From: a virus
Direction: 5' to 3' (one strand)
IMG/VR virus record: IMGVR_UViG_3300035704_000002
Span: 64,203 to 128,202 of that record
DNA: 64,000 bases
The notes beneath the pieces are model-generated. The model was not told the DNA's origin and made no database searches. It saw nothing but the letters and a program-made list of their open reading frames with translations. Shown here in pieces: positions 1-9,543 of this stretch. Position numbers and translations under genes: made by a program. Positions within the stretch are counted from its first letter, which is position 1. Every line of letters begins with the position of its first letter.

Positions 1-10
1 CGGATCAGCC

Positions 11-1201
11 GTGGTAACCGGGCCAATGCAGGACGAGATGGCACAAGCCCGCTCCGAGGTGCTGGGACTGCACGAACTTCCCGACGGCCATCTGGAAGTC
101 GAGCCCGAGGTGGGCGCCCGCCAGGACCGCGTGGCCAAGCTGCTCACCGAGCACGAGGCCGGCGCGCTGGACCTGAAGTCGCGCAGTACGGAAGACCTGC
201 ACCAGCATCACCGTGACCTGTCCAACGAACTGCGCCTTCAGCAGGAAATCGCCCGCCGCGACGCCGTGCACCCGCCCAAGCGTGTGTCGGTGGCCACCAC
301 ACAGGCCGGCACCCCACGCGTGCGGCCCGGTCTGGCCGGCGCTGCCCAGGATCACGCCGAAGCCCTGCGGTCCGAGGACGCCGCCGCGATCAACCGCACG
401 CGGCAGCGACTGGAGTCCGCGCTACGCCGCTCACGCGCCAACTCCGACACCGCGCACACCCTGGCGCAGCATGTCGACGCTGGCCACGCCCACGCCTCGA
501 CCCTGGACTCCCTGGCCGGCAGCCTGCGCGCCGAATCCCGTCAGAAGCGCAACGACGCCGCGCGCAAGCGCACCACCGCCAAGCGACTGGACCGCGAACG
601 CATCACCTCGGTACTGGGCAGCGTGAACTCCGAACTGCGCAGCCGGGGCGAGTCACCGGAGGTGGCCAAGGAGCTGGGCGCGCCGCGCACCGCGAACACC
701 CCTGAGACACCGCTGATGTCCGAGGGGCCGGTACTGCGCGAGGTGGTCGGGGGGCCAGGTGCCGTGCGGCAGGTGGCCAGCGAAGAACCGAAAGCCGAAC
801 CGGTCGCCACCGCCAACAACGCCAACGTGTCCCACGTCTTGCATAGTGTCCCATCGTGGGATAGTATTAAGGAGTCAGCAGGAACTCAACCTGAAGGACC
901 CCCAATGGCCACCGCCGCCCAGGTTCGCTACGCCACAAAGCTCCAGGCAGACCTCCGCGAACGCATCACCTGGCCCCTGGACCGCGACATTCTCGCCCGC
1001 GCACTGCGCCCCCCAACCGCAAACATGCTCGCCAACCCCGAAGATAGGGCCGCTGCACGGGCCGCGATCGAGGCATACGACCCCAACGCCGCCATCGACG
1101 CCTGGATCGCCCGCCGCGCCGATCTGGCCGACACTGATCTGGCCACCTTGGACGGCACTCAGATGTCCGCCTGGATCGACGCCGTCAAGAAATCCTTGTG
1201 A
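11..1201 (+). CDS. 3' part of a large Ala/Arg-rich protein (start probably upstream of the window), possibly head-morphogenesis associated; last 98 codons probably also a separate gene
   Basis: Frame open from the window start, helical low-complexity sequence, upstream of the capsid gene; no recognisable motif. Confidence 0.45.
   Translation: MVTGPMQDEMAQARSEVLGLHELPDGHLEVEPEVGARQDRVAKLLTEHEAGALDLKSRSTEDLHQHHRDLSNELRLQQEIARRDAVHPPKRVSVATTQAGTPRVRPGLAGAAQDHAEALRSEDAAAINRTRQRLESALRRSRANSDTAHTLAQHVDAGHAHASTLDSLAGSLRAESRQKRNDAARKRTTAKRLDRERITSVLGSVNSELRSRGESPEVAKELGAPRTANTPETPLMSEGPVLREVVGGPGAVRQVASEEPKAEPVATANNANVSHVLHSVPSWDSIKESAGTQPEGPPMATAAQVRYATKLQADLRERITWPLDRDILARALRPPTANMLANPEDRAAARAAIEAYDPNAAIDAWIARRADLADTDLATLDGTQMSAWIDAVKKSL
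827..867 (+). promoter_or_regulatory. sigma70/HrdB-type promoter with overlapping operator-like repeats, inside ORF 11-1201
   Basis: TTGCAT (839-844), 17 nt, TAGTAT (862-867); GTGTCCCA at 827 and 846 plus inverted TGGGA at 857; locally AT-rich. Confidence 0.7.
905..1201 (+). CDS. small phage protein (MATAAQVRYATKLQ...SAWIDAVKKSL), in frame with the upstream ORF
   Basis: AAGGA RBS and ATG downstream of the 839-867 promoter; AT.Q..Y and S..ID motifs typical of small actinophage proteins. Confidence 0.6.
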   Translation: MATAAQVRYATKLQADLRERITWPLDRDILARALRPPTANMLANPEDRAAARAAIEAYDPNAAIDAWIARRADLADTDLATLDGTQMSAWIDAVKKSL

Positions 1202-1911
1202 TCCGAATGACCGACGAGGTGATCACCGCGACCGAGGCGGCAACGATCTTGAGCCTTGCCGACGGCGCGACCGCGCGCCGCACCCTGTCCCGGCGCGGCG
1301 TCATCCCCATAGGGCGCGCACCCGGCCGAGGTGGCGAGTCCCTGTACCGACGTGACCACGTCGAGCATGAACGGGACTATCCGCCGTTGCGAGGCAAGGT
1401 GCCGCCCGACATCGCCGACTTGACGCGCCGCGTGCTCGGCGACGCAGCTCCCCCCGGTGCGTCCTGGCAACGGGAGTACATGCTGGACGACGGCGTACGC
1501 ATCATGGTGTCCTGGGGGCCGTCGGCCGATACGGCGACTACGACCGGCGACGGCGTGAACGGCCACCGGAAGCGGACCCTGTCGCGAGACGCCGACGAAC
1601 TGGCTGCGCAGTTGGGACCGCTGGTGCGTGCTGCCCGTCGCGACCTGGCCAAGCGGCTGCGCGTGGAGCAAGAGCTTGCGGCCATCCATGTCGATCACCT
1701 GGATCGGGTACGTGCGGCGCGGGTTGAAGTGGAGCGCGTTCGAACACTTCCGCCGGGGCAGCATGGCGAGCTGATGACAGCGTTGCCGACCCTGCGCCAT
1801 GAGGTCGCGTTGGCGCGGGAAGTCGAATCGGCGGCTGGCGGCCTGATCTCGGCGGCTGAGATCGCCGAGGCGGCCAGGATCAGCCTCACCGAAGTCAACA
1901 CGGCCCATTAA
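1198..1911 (+). CDS. putative DNA-binding protein with N-terminal excisionase/MerR-like HTH and possible C-terminal HTH
   Basis: ITATEAATILSL...SLYRRDHV and ISAAEIAEAARISLTEV; overlaps the stop of the upstream gene. Confidence 0.6.
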   Translation: MIRMTDEVITATEAATILSLADGATARRTLSRRGVIPIGRAPGRGGESLYRRDHVEHERDYPPLRGKVPPDIADLTRRVLGDAAPPGASWQREYMLDDGVRIMVSWGPSADTATTTGDGVNGHRKRTLSRDADELAAQLGPLVRAARRDLAKRLRVEQELAAIHVDHLDRVRAARVEVERVRTLPPGQHGELMTALPTLRHEVALAREVESAAGGLISAAEIAEAARISLTEVNTAH

Positions 1912-1931
1912 TACCGCTGAGTAAACGTAAG

Positions 1932-1966
1932 ACGGCTCCCGCGCTCATCGTCGAGGCGGGGGCCGT
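1932..1966 (+). terminator. hairpin terminator after the HTH gene
   Basis: ACGGCTCCCGC...GCGGGGGCCGT stem with one G-U pair. Confidence 0.5.
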
Positions 1967-2034
1967 AGCCGCCGCTGGAGGGTCAGCGGCCGACGAGCGC
2001 AACATCAGCGTGGCGTGAGCGGAGAACCTGACCC

Positions 2035-2214
2035 GTGACCGATCACATTCACCTGTACCGGTTCGGCCGGACAATGCGGTGCGTGGTGTGCCGTCAAGCC
2101 GTGCTCCCGTGGCGTCGGCGAGCATGGATCTGGGCCACAGCGAACATCATGGTGTGCACCCGTATCGCGATCTGGTGGTCTGACCGGCATCGCTCCACGC
2201 TGCCACAGAAGTAG
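2035..2214 (+). CDS. 59-aa hypothetical protein (HxH...CxxC), not in the ORF track
   Basis: GGAG RBS, GTG start, MTDHIHLYRFGRTMRCVVC...LPQK*; followed by a hairpin. Confidence 0.4.
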   Translation: MTDHIHLYRFGRTMRCVVCRQAVLPWRRRAWIWATANIMVCTRIAIWWSDRHRSTLPQK

Positions 2215-2221
2215 CAGCGTC

Positions 2222-2266
2222 ACGCCACGCACCCACTGACCACACAGGTCGGTTGGTGCGTGGCGT
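2222..2266 (+). terminator. 12-bp stem hairpin upstream of the capsid gene
   Basis: ACGCCACGCACC / GGTGCGTGGCGT. Confidence 0.5.
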
Positions 2267-2383
2267 CGGCGTGTCTCCCCCCGCGTGATCGTCGCTCTCC
2301 CTATCCTGCCGCGCAGATCGTGGCGCGCTTGGTGCTGACCGGCGCGAACGAACCCATTCGTTTGCGAACCGAGGAGCAACCTC

Positions 2384-3730
2384 ATGCCCACCATCGTGGA
2401 CGAGGATCTGCGCAAGGCCGGTATGGAACGCCTGCGTGTGATCGTCGGCAAGCTGGACAACCTCACCACCAACGGCTTCAAGTCCGAGGACAACGGCATC
2501 GTCGTCAGCGCGGAAGCCAAGTCCGAGTTCGACGGCCTGATCGCCGAACAGAAGGACATCCGGTCGACCCTGGCCGGCTTCGACGCGGCCAAGGAACTTC
2601 AGGCGTGGCTGGACACCCCCGCCACCGAGAGCAAGGCCATGCCCGCCCAGATCGCGGCCGGTATGCCGCTGGCACAGCACAAGTCGATCGGTCAGTTGTT
2701 CCTGGAGTCCGACGCCTACAAGACGCGCGGCTCCGACGGCTTGACCCGGACCGACTTCGAGCTGAAGGCGCTGCTCTACGGCAACGGCGGTTCGCCCGGC
2801 CTGGAGCGCAAGGACATCTACACCGCCGCCGGTGGCACGTTCACGAACTTCGCGTTCGGGACACCGATGATCGAGCCGATCGTGCCTCGCGCCTACCGTA
2901 CCCAGCGTGTGCGCGACCTGTTCCCGGTGGCCACCACCAGCGCGAACCTGATCGAGTACCTGCGTGTGCTGGGCTACGTGGACGGCACCAACAACGCCGC
3001 GCCGGTGCCCGAGCGCGACACGGGTTCACCGCAGAACTTCGGCCTCAAGCCGCACACGAGCCTGTCGCTCCAGCCGGCCCAGAGCCCGATCCGCACCATC
3101 GCCCACTACGAAGTGGCGCACCGCAACACCCTGAACGACGAACCACAGCTCCAGTCGATCATCGACACGGAACTGCTGTACGGCCTGCGGCTGGCCGAGG
3201 ACGACCAGATCCTCAACGGCGACGGCACCGGGGAGAACATCCTCGGTCTGCTGATGACGCCAGGCATCCAGCAGTACCCCGGCACCCCGATCCCCACCCC
3301 GTCGCCGGTGCTGACCACTGACACACCGGTGGACGCGATCCGCCGCGCCGCCACCCGGATCATGCTGGCGTACTACGAGCCCACCGGCGTCGTGGTGCAT
3401 CCGTTCGACTGGGAGACGATGGAAACGATCAAGGATACGCTCGGCCAGTACATCCTCGCGATCAACGTCGCGATCGGCGCCCAGAAGCAGGTATGGCAGA
3501 TGCCCGTCGTGGCGTCGCCGGCCATGCAGCAGGGTGTCAGCCTGGTCGGCGCGTTCGGGTTGGGCGCCAAGGTCTACGACCGCGAGCAGGCCAACATCCG
3601 GGTCGCCGAGCAGCACGCCGACCTGTTCACGCGCAACGCCGTCGCGATCCTGGCGGAGGAGCGCGTCGGCCTGACCGTGTCTCGGCCGGAATCGTTCATC
3701 AAGATCGACCTGATCCACGGCATCGGCTGA
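2384..3730 (+). CDS. major capsid protein, HK97 fold, with N-terminal coiled-coil scaffold (delta-like) segment
   Basis: VRDLFPV, EDDQILNGDGTGENILGLL, VVVHPFDW, FTRNAVAILAEERVGLTVSRPESF; GAGGAG RBS. Confidence 0.95.
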   Translation: MPTIVDEDLRKAGMERLRVIVGKLDNLTTNGFKSEDNGIVVSAEAKSEFDGLIAEQKDIRSTLAGFDAAKELQAWLDTPATESKAMPAQIAAGMPLAQHKSIGQLFLESDAYKTRGSDGLTRTDFELKALLYGNGGSPGLERKDIYTAAGGTFTNFAFGTPMIEPIVPRAYRTQRVRDLFPVATTSANLIEYLRVLGYVDGTNNAAPVPERDTGSPQNFGLKPHTSLSLQPAQSPIRTIAHYEVAHRNTLNDEPQLQSIIDTELLYGLRLAEDDQILNGDGTGENILGLLMTPGIQQYPGTPIPTPSPVLTTDTPVDAIRRAATRIMLAYYEPTGVVVHPFDWETMETIKDTLGQYILAINVAIGAQKQVWQMPVVASPAMQQGVSLVGAFGLGAKVYDREQANIRVAEQHADLFTRNAVAILAEERVGLTVSRPESFIKIDLIHGIG

Positions 3731-3747
3731 TCCCCCGATTCCACTGT

Positions 3748-3784
3748 GCCCGGCCTGGTCACACGGGTGATGACCAGGCCGGGC
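3748..3784 (+). terminator. 14-bp stem hairpin after the capsid gene
   Basis: GCCCGGCCTGGTCA / TGACCAGGCCGGGC. Confidence 0.65.
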
Positions 3785-3794
3785 GCGGCGTCCG

Positions 3795-4382
3795 GTGACC
3801 GACCTACCCGCCAGTTACCCTGCCGCCATGACAAGCCCAGCCGATCCCGACGGCACCGACCTGAGCGGCCTGAAGGGGCGACGCAAGTCGCGCGCGCACC
3901 CACGCCGACCGGCCATGCCGACCCTGGACACCGTGGAGCTGCCACCGCTGCCCGACGCGCACGAGACCATGGCCGACGCGCTGCGCCGGCCCGCCGGCCT
4001 GCCCGCGTTGCACCCGCTGGAACGCACCCGGCTGGTTGTGGTGGAAACCGGTGGCCACGTGCCCGCCGCCAACCTCACGGGCAACTACGTGGTGGCCGAG
4101 TTCGACGGCACCGAACAGCACACGCCGTGGGGCTGCCGCACCCCCATCTCGCGCGTGCTGTGGAACAAGGGTCAGCACGTGCGTCGCGACGTGTACGCCA
4201 CCTACCTGGCCGAGCACCCCGAACTGGCCGCCGATGCGAACGAGATGCCGGATGGCGGCGAAGGCGACACGAGCGGCGGCGAAGACAGGACCGGAACGGA
4301 CGGCGGACCCGATACCTCGGCTGACGAGGGTGGCGTTGAGGAGGTCGGCGTGGCGACCACCACCCCACCAGCGGCTGTGTGA
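3795..4382 (+). CDS. hypothetical protein, acidic C-terminus
   Basis: ORF track, GC3-biased codons, position in head module; start uncertain. Confidence 0.6.
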   Translation: MTDLPASYPAAMTSPADPDGTDLSGLKGRRKSRAHPRRPAMPTLDTVELPPLPDAHETMADALRRPAGLPALHPLERTRLVVVETGGHVPAANLTGNYVVAEFDGTEQHTPWGCRTPISRVLWNKGQHVRRDVYATYLAEHPELAADANEMPDGGEGDTSGGEDRTGTDGGPDTSADEGGVEEVGVATTTPPAAV

Positions 4383-4450
4383 CGATCTCGCGCGGGTCGG
4401 CGGCATCCGCGCCACCGGCACTCTGACCAGCCCCGAGCGAGGGACACCGA

Positions 4451-4762
4451 ATGAGCGCTCCGGTAACCAATCCGGTCAAGACCTGCCTGGGGTGCGGGCA
4501 GTCAGACGATCACCCCAAGCACGTCGTGATGCTGCCCGACCACAGCGAAGTCGTATGGCACAACGACTGCCACTCGCGCGCCAACCCGCCGTGCGAAATC
4601 TGCGCGCACGTCGTCACGCACTCCGACGGCAAGCAGGGCGCGGCGTTGCGCGACCACATCGTCGGCTACAACATCCCGACCCTGGACCATCCCGTGCACG
4701 GCCTGCTGTTCGCCAAGCCGGACGAGATCGCGGCCCTGGCTGCCGCACAGGGCGGTGAGTGA
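4451..4762 (+). CDS. small Cys/His-rich (Zn-binding) hypothetical protein
   Basis: CLGCGQSDDHPKH...HNDC...CEIC; GAGGG RBS. Confidence 0.7.
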   Translation: MSAPVTNPVKTCLGCGQSDDHPKHVVMLPDHSEVVWHNDCHSRANPPCEICAHVVTHSDGKQGAALRDHIVGYNIPTLDHPVHGLLFAKPDEIAALAAAQGGE

Positions 4763-5151
4763 GCATGGCCGGCAACATCGACCAGACCCATGCCAATAAC
4801 GTCATCGACGCCTCGCTGGGCACCGCGACGATCACCGCGACCGTCACGCCGCTCAAACTGGCGCTGATGTCCAGCGTGGGCACGAACACCACCGGTGGCA
4901 CCGAGGTGTCCGGCGGCTCCTACGCCCGACAGTCCATCGCGTTCTCGGCTGCTTCGGCCGGCGCCACTTCCAACTCCGGTGCCGTGACGTTCACCAACAT
5001 GCCGGCGGTCGCCACCAACGGGATCGAACTGGACGACAACTCCGGTACCCCGAAGCGCAAGTGGCTGGGCAATCTCGCGACGCCGAAGACCACCGGCGCG
5101 GGCGACACCCTGACGTTCGCGGTGGGTTCGGTCACCGTGTCGATGCCCTGA
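4759..5151 (+). CDS. small beta-rich virion fibre/adaptor protein
   Basis: EVSGGSYARQSIAFSAASAG...TPKTTGAGDTLTFAVGSVTV pattern typical of phage fibre-associated proteins. Confidence 0.75.
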   Translation: MSMAGNIDQTHANNVIDASLGTATITATVTPLKLALMSSVGTNTTGGTEVSGGSYARQSIAFSAASAGATSNSGAVTFTNMPAVATNGIELDDNSGTPKRKWLGNLATPKTTGAGDTLTFAVGSVTVSMP

Positions 5152-5186
5152 CCTGACCGCGACAGGGCCGGCCGGGGGAGTGCGCG

Positions 5187-8100
5187 GTGGCGACGAAGGT
5201 AGCTCAAACCGACTGGGTGCACGCCAAGTCCGGTGGTGCCAGCTTCTCCGTTACGATCCCCACTCCCGCGACCGGTCATACATTGATCTTCACCTCGGCC
5301 GGCGGCGCTATCGCCACCCCGGCCGGCTTTACGCGCGCGCCCGACGCGCCCTACGGCGGCGGCACCCAAGATGTGAGCATCTGGTACAAAACCGCCACCG
5401 GCCTGGAAACCCTGGTCGCGGTGACGCTCAACGGGTCCGGCGACAACGTCGGCGGCACGATCATGGAGTTCTCCGGCTCGCTGAGCTACGCCACCGGCAG
5501 CAACAACGGCACCGGTGTCAGCATCAGCTCCACCAGCGATTTTCAGGTAGCCGCCAGCGGCGCCACCGTGTCCGCACAATCTCTGGCCATCGCGGTGTTC
5601 TCCGTTGGTCAGTCCACTGCCTGGTCGCAGTCCAACCAGTGGCGGCAGATGGGGCCAGCCGGCGCGCTCGTACGGTCGGCCGGCGCCCAGGACGCCAGTG
5701 GCTTCGCCTCGATCTTCGCCGTCGGCATCGCCGACATCGACGCCAGCCACCAGTACCCGCCGCAAGCCTCCACCGGGCACTACTCGGCCACCTCGATCTA
5801 CCAGGCCAGCGGTCCCGGCACCGCCTTCGCCTGTCAAGCGATCTTTACCGACACGTCCGGCGTCGCCACCGTGTCCTTCGCCAACAGCATCGTCAAGGAA
5901 AATTCGCTGCCTGGCACCGACAACGGCAACTGGATGCTGGGCACCGCCGGCACCGACGCCACTATCGCCGGATTCCCGACAACCCCTTCCGTACAGCCCG
6001 GCGGTACTGTCAACTTCAAGGTTGGTTGCGCATTCACGTTCCGCGCCGAGATATACCGACTTGGGTTCTATGGATACGACAACTTCGGTGCCCGCAACGT
6101 GCTGGGCAATCAGGCCGGCTACCTGACCGGTACCGTCGTGAGTCAACCGACTCCAGCCGTGGACGGCACACTGGGGTCGACCTCGTGCGCGGCGTGGACA
6201 ACGAACGTCACGTGGAGCGTGCCGTCCGACGCGGTACCCGGCGTCTACTACGTGATCTTCAGACGCACCGACGCGGGCAACACCAGCAAGGCCGCCAGTA
6301 CGCACTTCGTGGTTCGAGAATCCTCACCCTCGGGCAAGATGGCCATCGTCATCCCGGATCTCACCCACCACGCCTACAGCGTCTGGGGCGCCATCACCGA
6401 CCACGGGGACCTCTCCACGGGCACGTGGACCGGCCGGTCGCTGTATCAGACCGGCTCGGACGGTTCCTCGTCCAACATCGCGCACCGTGCCTACGCGGTG
6501 TGCCTCGATCGGCCCTACAGCGTGCAGTCCACTCAGGAGCCGACCTACATCTTCGATTCGGAGTTCGGTTTCATCCAGTTTTGCGAGGCGCAGGGATACA
6601 ACCTCACCTACCTGTCCGACATGGATCTGGAAGGTAGCTCAACCCTACTGAACTCGGCCGCCATGGTGCTCATGGTCGGCCATCACGAATACTGGACAGC
6701 CAACATTTTCAGCGCTTTTCAAAACGCGGTCGCTGCTGGCGTCAACACGTTCGTCTACTCCGCGAACACGGCCGGGTGGCGCGTGCGGTTCGCGTCAGCG
6801 GACACCAACAAGCGCACCGCGATCTGCTACAAGGACGGCATCACCCGCGACACGAGCGCCGGCTGGAGCGGTACCGGTTATGACCCGCTCACTCCGACCG
6901 GCACGTGGCGCGATTCCGGCGCCACCAACGGCATCGCCAACCCCGATCGGCGGCTGGACAACACCCTGACCGGTCAACGCTTCATCGGCAGCGGCCCGCT
7001 GCTCGCGCCGATGCAATTCGCCAACACCGTCAAGACCAAGCCGATCTGGCGAAATTCACCAGCGGTGCAGGCGCTGGCCAGCGGTACGCACGTCACCGAC
7101 ATCAGCAACTCGATCGGCTACGAGCTGGACGCCGCCGACGGCGCGACCGGCCAGCCCTCCAACCTCGTCATCGTGGCCAGTACCAGCATCTCGGTCACCA
7201 CCGGCGCCAACGCGGCCGGCACCGTCTACACCACCTCGGCCACCCTCACCGCGACCTGGACCCTGTACCGCGACGGCACGTCCGGCGCGCTGGTGTTCAA
7301 CACGGGCAACTGGCGCTCCTGGTGGTCGGCCACCCGCTGGCACGGCTCCAGCCCGGTCGGCAGCGTCAGCATCGACGTGATCAACGCGCTGCTGGCCATC
7401 CTCTACGACCTCGGCGGCACGCCGCACACACTCACCGCGCTGGAGCCCGGCGCCGACACGACGCCCACCGACCCGGCCACCGGTGCGCCCACGGCCGGCA
7501 ACGCCAACGTGGCACTGGCCTATGGCCTCACCGCCAGCAGCACCGTGCTCGGTGCCGCCACGCTATCGGCCACCGGCGCACTGACCGCGACCGCCGTGGA
7601 CGTCGTATCCGCCAGCGCCGCCCTGTCCACCACCGGCGCCATCGGCGCCGCCGGCCTGGCCATCGACCTGGGCGCCACAGCACTGTCGAGCACCGGCGCC
7701 CTGGGCACCACGGGCACCCTGGGCGCGGCCGGCGCGACCACCCTCGCGGCCACGCCCGCGCTTGGCGCGGCGGCCACCAGGGGGACCGGCGCCACCGTAG
7801 TGATGAGTTCCGCGCCCGGCCTCGGCGCGGCACCCATCGAGACCGCCGTGAGCAGTGCCGCACTGAGCAGCGCGCCGGCCCTCACCGCGACCGCCACGCA
7901 GACCAGCGGCGCCAGTGCCGCACTGAGCAGCGCGCCGGCCCTCACCGCGACCGCCACCCGCACCGCGCTGGGCACCGTCACCCTGGCCACCACGCCTACC
8001 GTCACCGCGACCGGCACCCAGACCCTGACCGGCGCCAGCGTGGTGTTGAGCGCCACGCCCGTGTTGAGCGCGGTCCCGATGGCCACGCTGGGTGCCGCCG

Positions 8101-9542
8101 CCACACTGTCCGCGATGCCGGCACTGGGTGGCACCGCCCTGGGTTCCGCATCCGGCGTGGCCGGACTGATCTGCGTGCCCACACTGACAGCGACGACCGT
8201 ATACGGCGCGCACGGCACCGTGGCCCTGGCCACCACGCCCGCCGTAACGGCCGCCGCCGTGATGTTGGCCGTCGATTCGGCCGCCCTGTCAGCCGTCGGC
8301 GCCGTGTCGGCCGCCGCGTCCTACCTCGGCGCGCCGACGGCCGCCCTGTCAGCCGTCGGCGCCGTGTCGGCCGTCGCCGTCACACAGACCACGGCCACGG
8401 CCGCACTGGCGTGCGAACCGGCCATGACCACCATCGGCACCTACGTGGCCGTGACCACGGTCGCCCTGTCCAGCACCGCGACCCTGGCCGCCGCCGTAAC
8501 CCACACCGCCGTGGCGCTGGCCGCCCTGTCCAGTGAGACCACGCTGGGCACTGTCGCCGTGAACATCCTGGCCGCGCTGACCGCGCTGGCCAGCGAGCCC
8601 GTACTGGTAGGTAGCTCGGTACTCGGCGTGGCCAACCTGGCATGTGGCCCGGTGCTGTTCGTGGATGTGTTCGGTGGCGCGTTCGTAGCCGACCTCTCGG
8701 TCACCGGCGTGCTCACGGCCAGCCCCGGCACAGTCACTACCGATGCCGCTGATCTGGCGTGTGAACCGTCGATCAGCGCCGGCACCGCGTTCCTCGTCAC
8801 CGGTGCCGCCGACCTGGCATGCACCGCCGTCCTGATCGCGGCGGCCGTCACCGTGGCGCCGGGCGTCGTCACGCTGACCAGTACGCCAGCGCTCACCGTC
8901 GCGGCCGTGCGCACCGTCAGCGCGGGCATGGTCGCGCTGAGCGCGATCGGCGTACTGGTGGCGCGCGAAACCGAGGCGTTCCTGGCCAGCGCGCCGCGCA
9001 TCTCGGTGGCCGCGCTGCGCACCGTCTTCGGTGTGGTGACGCTGAGCGCCGCGCCCGCGTTGACGGCCGGTGCGTTCATCACGATGCGGACCACGGTCAC
9101 GCTGAGCGCCACGCCCACCTTGTTGATCACGTCGGTGGCAGCCATTCGCAACCAGCAAGGCGCGGCTGTCCTCCTGGTGTGCGCGCCCGCCGTCGTGTCA
9201 GCCGCGTTGCAGACGTGGGACACGCGCGTCATCCTGATGCGATCGATCGCAGTTCTGGGTGCGAACGGAACGCACCTCACGCTCGCCGCGATCGACCTTT
9301 CAGCCACCGGCACCGTGGGCGCCCACGGCCAGTGGCTGATTAACGGCATCGTGGCTCTCACCGTTGCCGCCGCGCTCACCTCGGCCGCCCAGCGCGCCGA
9401 GTTCAACCCGGTGCCGATGAGCGCGGTCGGGGTGCTGCATGCCGGCGCGCTGATCATCCGCGCGTCCTGGCCCTACCTGTTCGCCCTGATGCCGGACCGC
9501 TGGTCATTCCAGGTGCTCGAACCCCTGGGAGGGGGAGACTGA
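5187..9542 (+). CDS. 1451-aa virion fibre-like protein: N-terminal beta domain, N,N-dimethylformamidase beta-subunit-like (DUF6605-like) domain, long 20-aa Ala/Thr/Ser repeat stalk
   Basis: ENSLPGT, SVQPGGTVNFKV, EIYRLGFYG, HAYSVWG, GRSLY, LDRPY, GHHEYWT, ICYKD, TGTWRD; repeats such as AALSSAPALTATA. Confidence 0.8.
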   Translation: MATKVAQTDWVHAKSGGASFSVTIPTPATGHTLIFTSAGGAIATPAGFTRAPDAPYGGGTQDVSIWYKTATGLETLVAVTLNGSGDNVGGTIMEFSGSLSYATGSNNGTGVSISSTSDFQVAASGATVSAQSLAIAVFSVGQSTAWSQSNQWRQMGPAGALVRSAGAQDASGFASIFAVGIADIDASHQYPPQASTGHYSATSIYQASGPGTAFACQAIFTDTSGVATVSFANSIVKENSLPGTDNGNWMLGTAGTDATIAGFPTTPSVQPGGTVNFKVGCAFTFRAEIYRLGFYGYDNFGARNVLGNQAGYLTGTVVSQPTPAVDGTLGSTSCAAWTTNVTWSVPSDAVPGVYYVIFRRTDAGNTSKAASTHFVVRESSPSGKMAIVIPDLTHHAYSVWGAITDHGDLSTGTWTGRSLYQTGSDGSSSNIAHRAYAVCLDRPYSVQSTQEPTYIFDSEFGFIQFCEAQGYNLTYLSDMDLEGSSTLLNSAAMVLMVGHHEYWTANIFSAFQNAVAAGVNTFVYSANTAGWRVRFASADTNKRTAICYKDGITRDTSAGWSGTGYDPLTPTGTWRDSGATNGIANPDRRLDNTLTGQRFIGSGPLLAPMQFANTVKTKPIWRNSPAVQALASGTHVTDISNSIGYELDAADGATGQPSNLVIVASTSISVTTGANAAGTVYTTSATLTATWTLYRDGTSGALVFNTGNWRSWWSATRWHGSSPVGSVSIDVINALLAILYDLGGTPHTLTALEPGADTTPTDPATGAPTAGNANVALAYGLTASSTVLGAATLSATGALTATAVDVVSASAALSTTGAIGAAGLAIDLGATALSSTGALGTTGTLGAAGATTLAATPALGAAATRGTGATVVMSSAPGLGAAPIETAVSSAALSSAPALTATATQTSGASAALSSAPALTATATRTALGTVTLATTPTVTATGTQTLTGASVVLSATPVLSAVPMATLGAAATLSAMPALGGTALGSASGVAGLICVPTLTATTVYGAHGTVALATTPAVTAAAVMLAVDSAALSAVGAVSAAASYLGAPTAALSAVGAVSAVAVTQTTATAALACEPAMTTIGTYVAVTTVALSSTATLAAAVTHTAVALAALSSETTLGTVAVNILAALTALASEPVLVGSSVLGVANLACGPVLFVDVFGGAFVADLSVTGVLTASPGTVTTDAADLACEPSISAGTAFLVTGAADLACTAVLIAAAVTVAPGVVTLTSTPALTVAAVRTVSAGMVALSAIGVLVARETEAFLASAPRISVAALRTVFGVVTLSAAPALTAGAFITMRTTVTLSATPTLLITSVAAIRNQQGAAVLLVCAPAVVSAALQTWDTRVILMRSIAVLGANGTHLTLAAIDLSATGTVGAHGQWLINGIVALTVAAALTSAAQRAEFNPVPMSAVGVLHAGALIIRASWPYLFALMPDRWSFQVLEPLGGGD
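7530..9440 (+). repeat. about 60-nt (20-aa) period degenerate coding tandem repeats
   Basis: Identical 45-mers at 7853-7897 and 7913-7957; second identical pair near 8280 and 8340. Confidence 0.85.
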
Positions 9543-9543
9543 T

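Noticed and set aside
5180-8536. Long Arg/His-rich alternative-frame ORFs (5180-6637, 6905-8536)
   Set aside because: Frame shadows of the GC3-biased fibre gene
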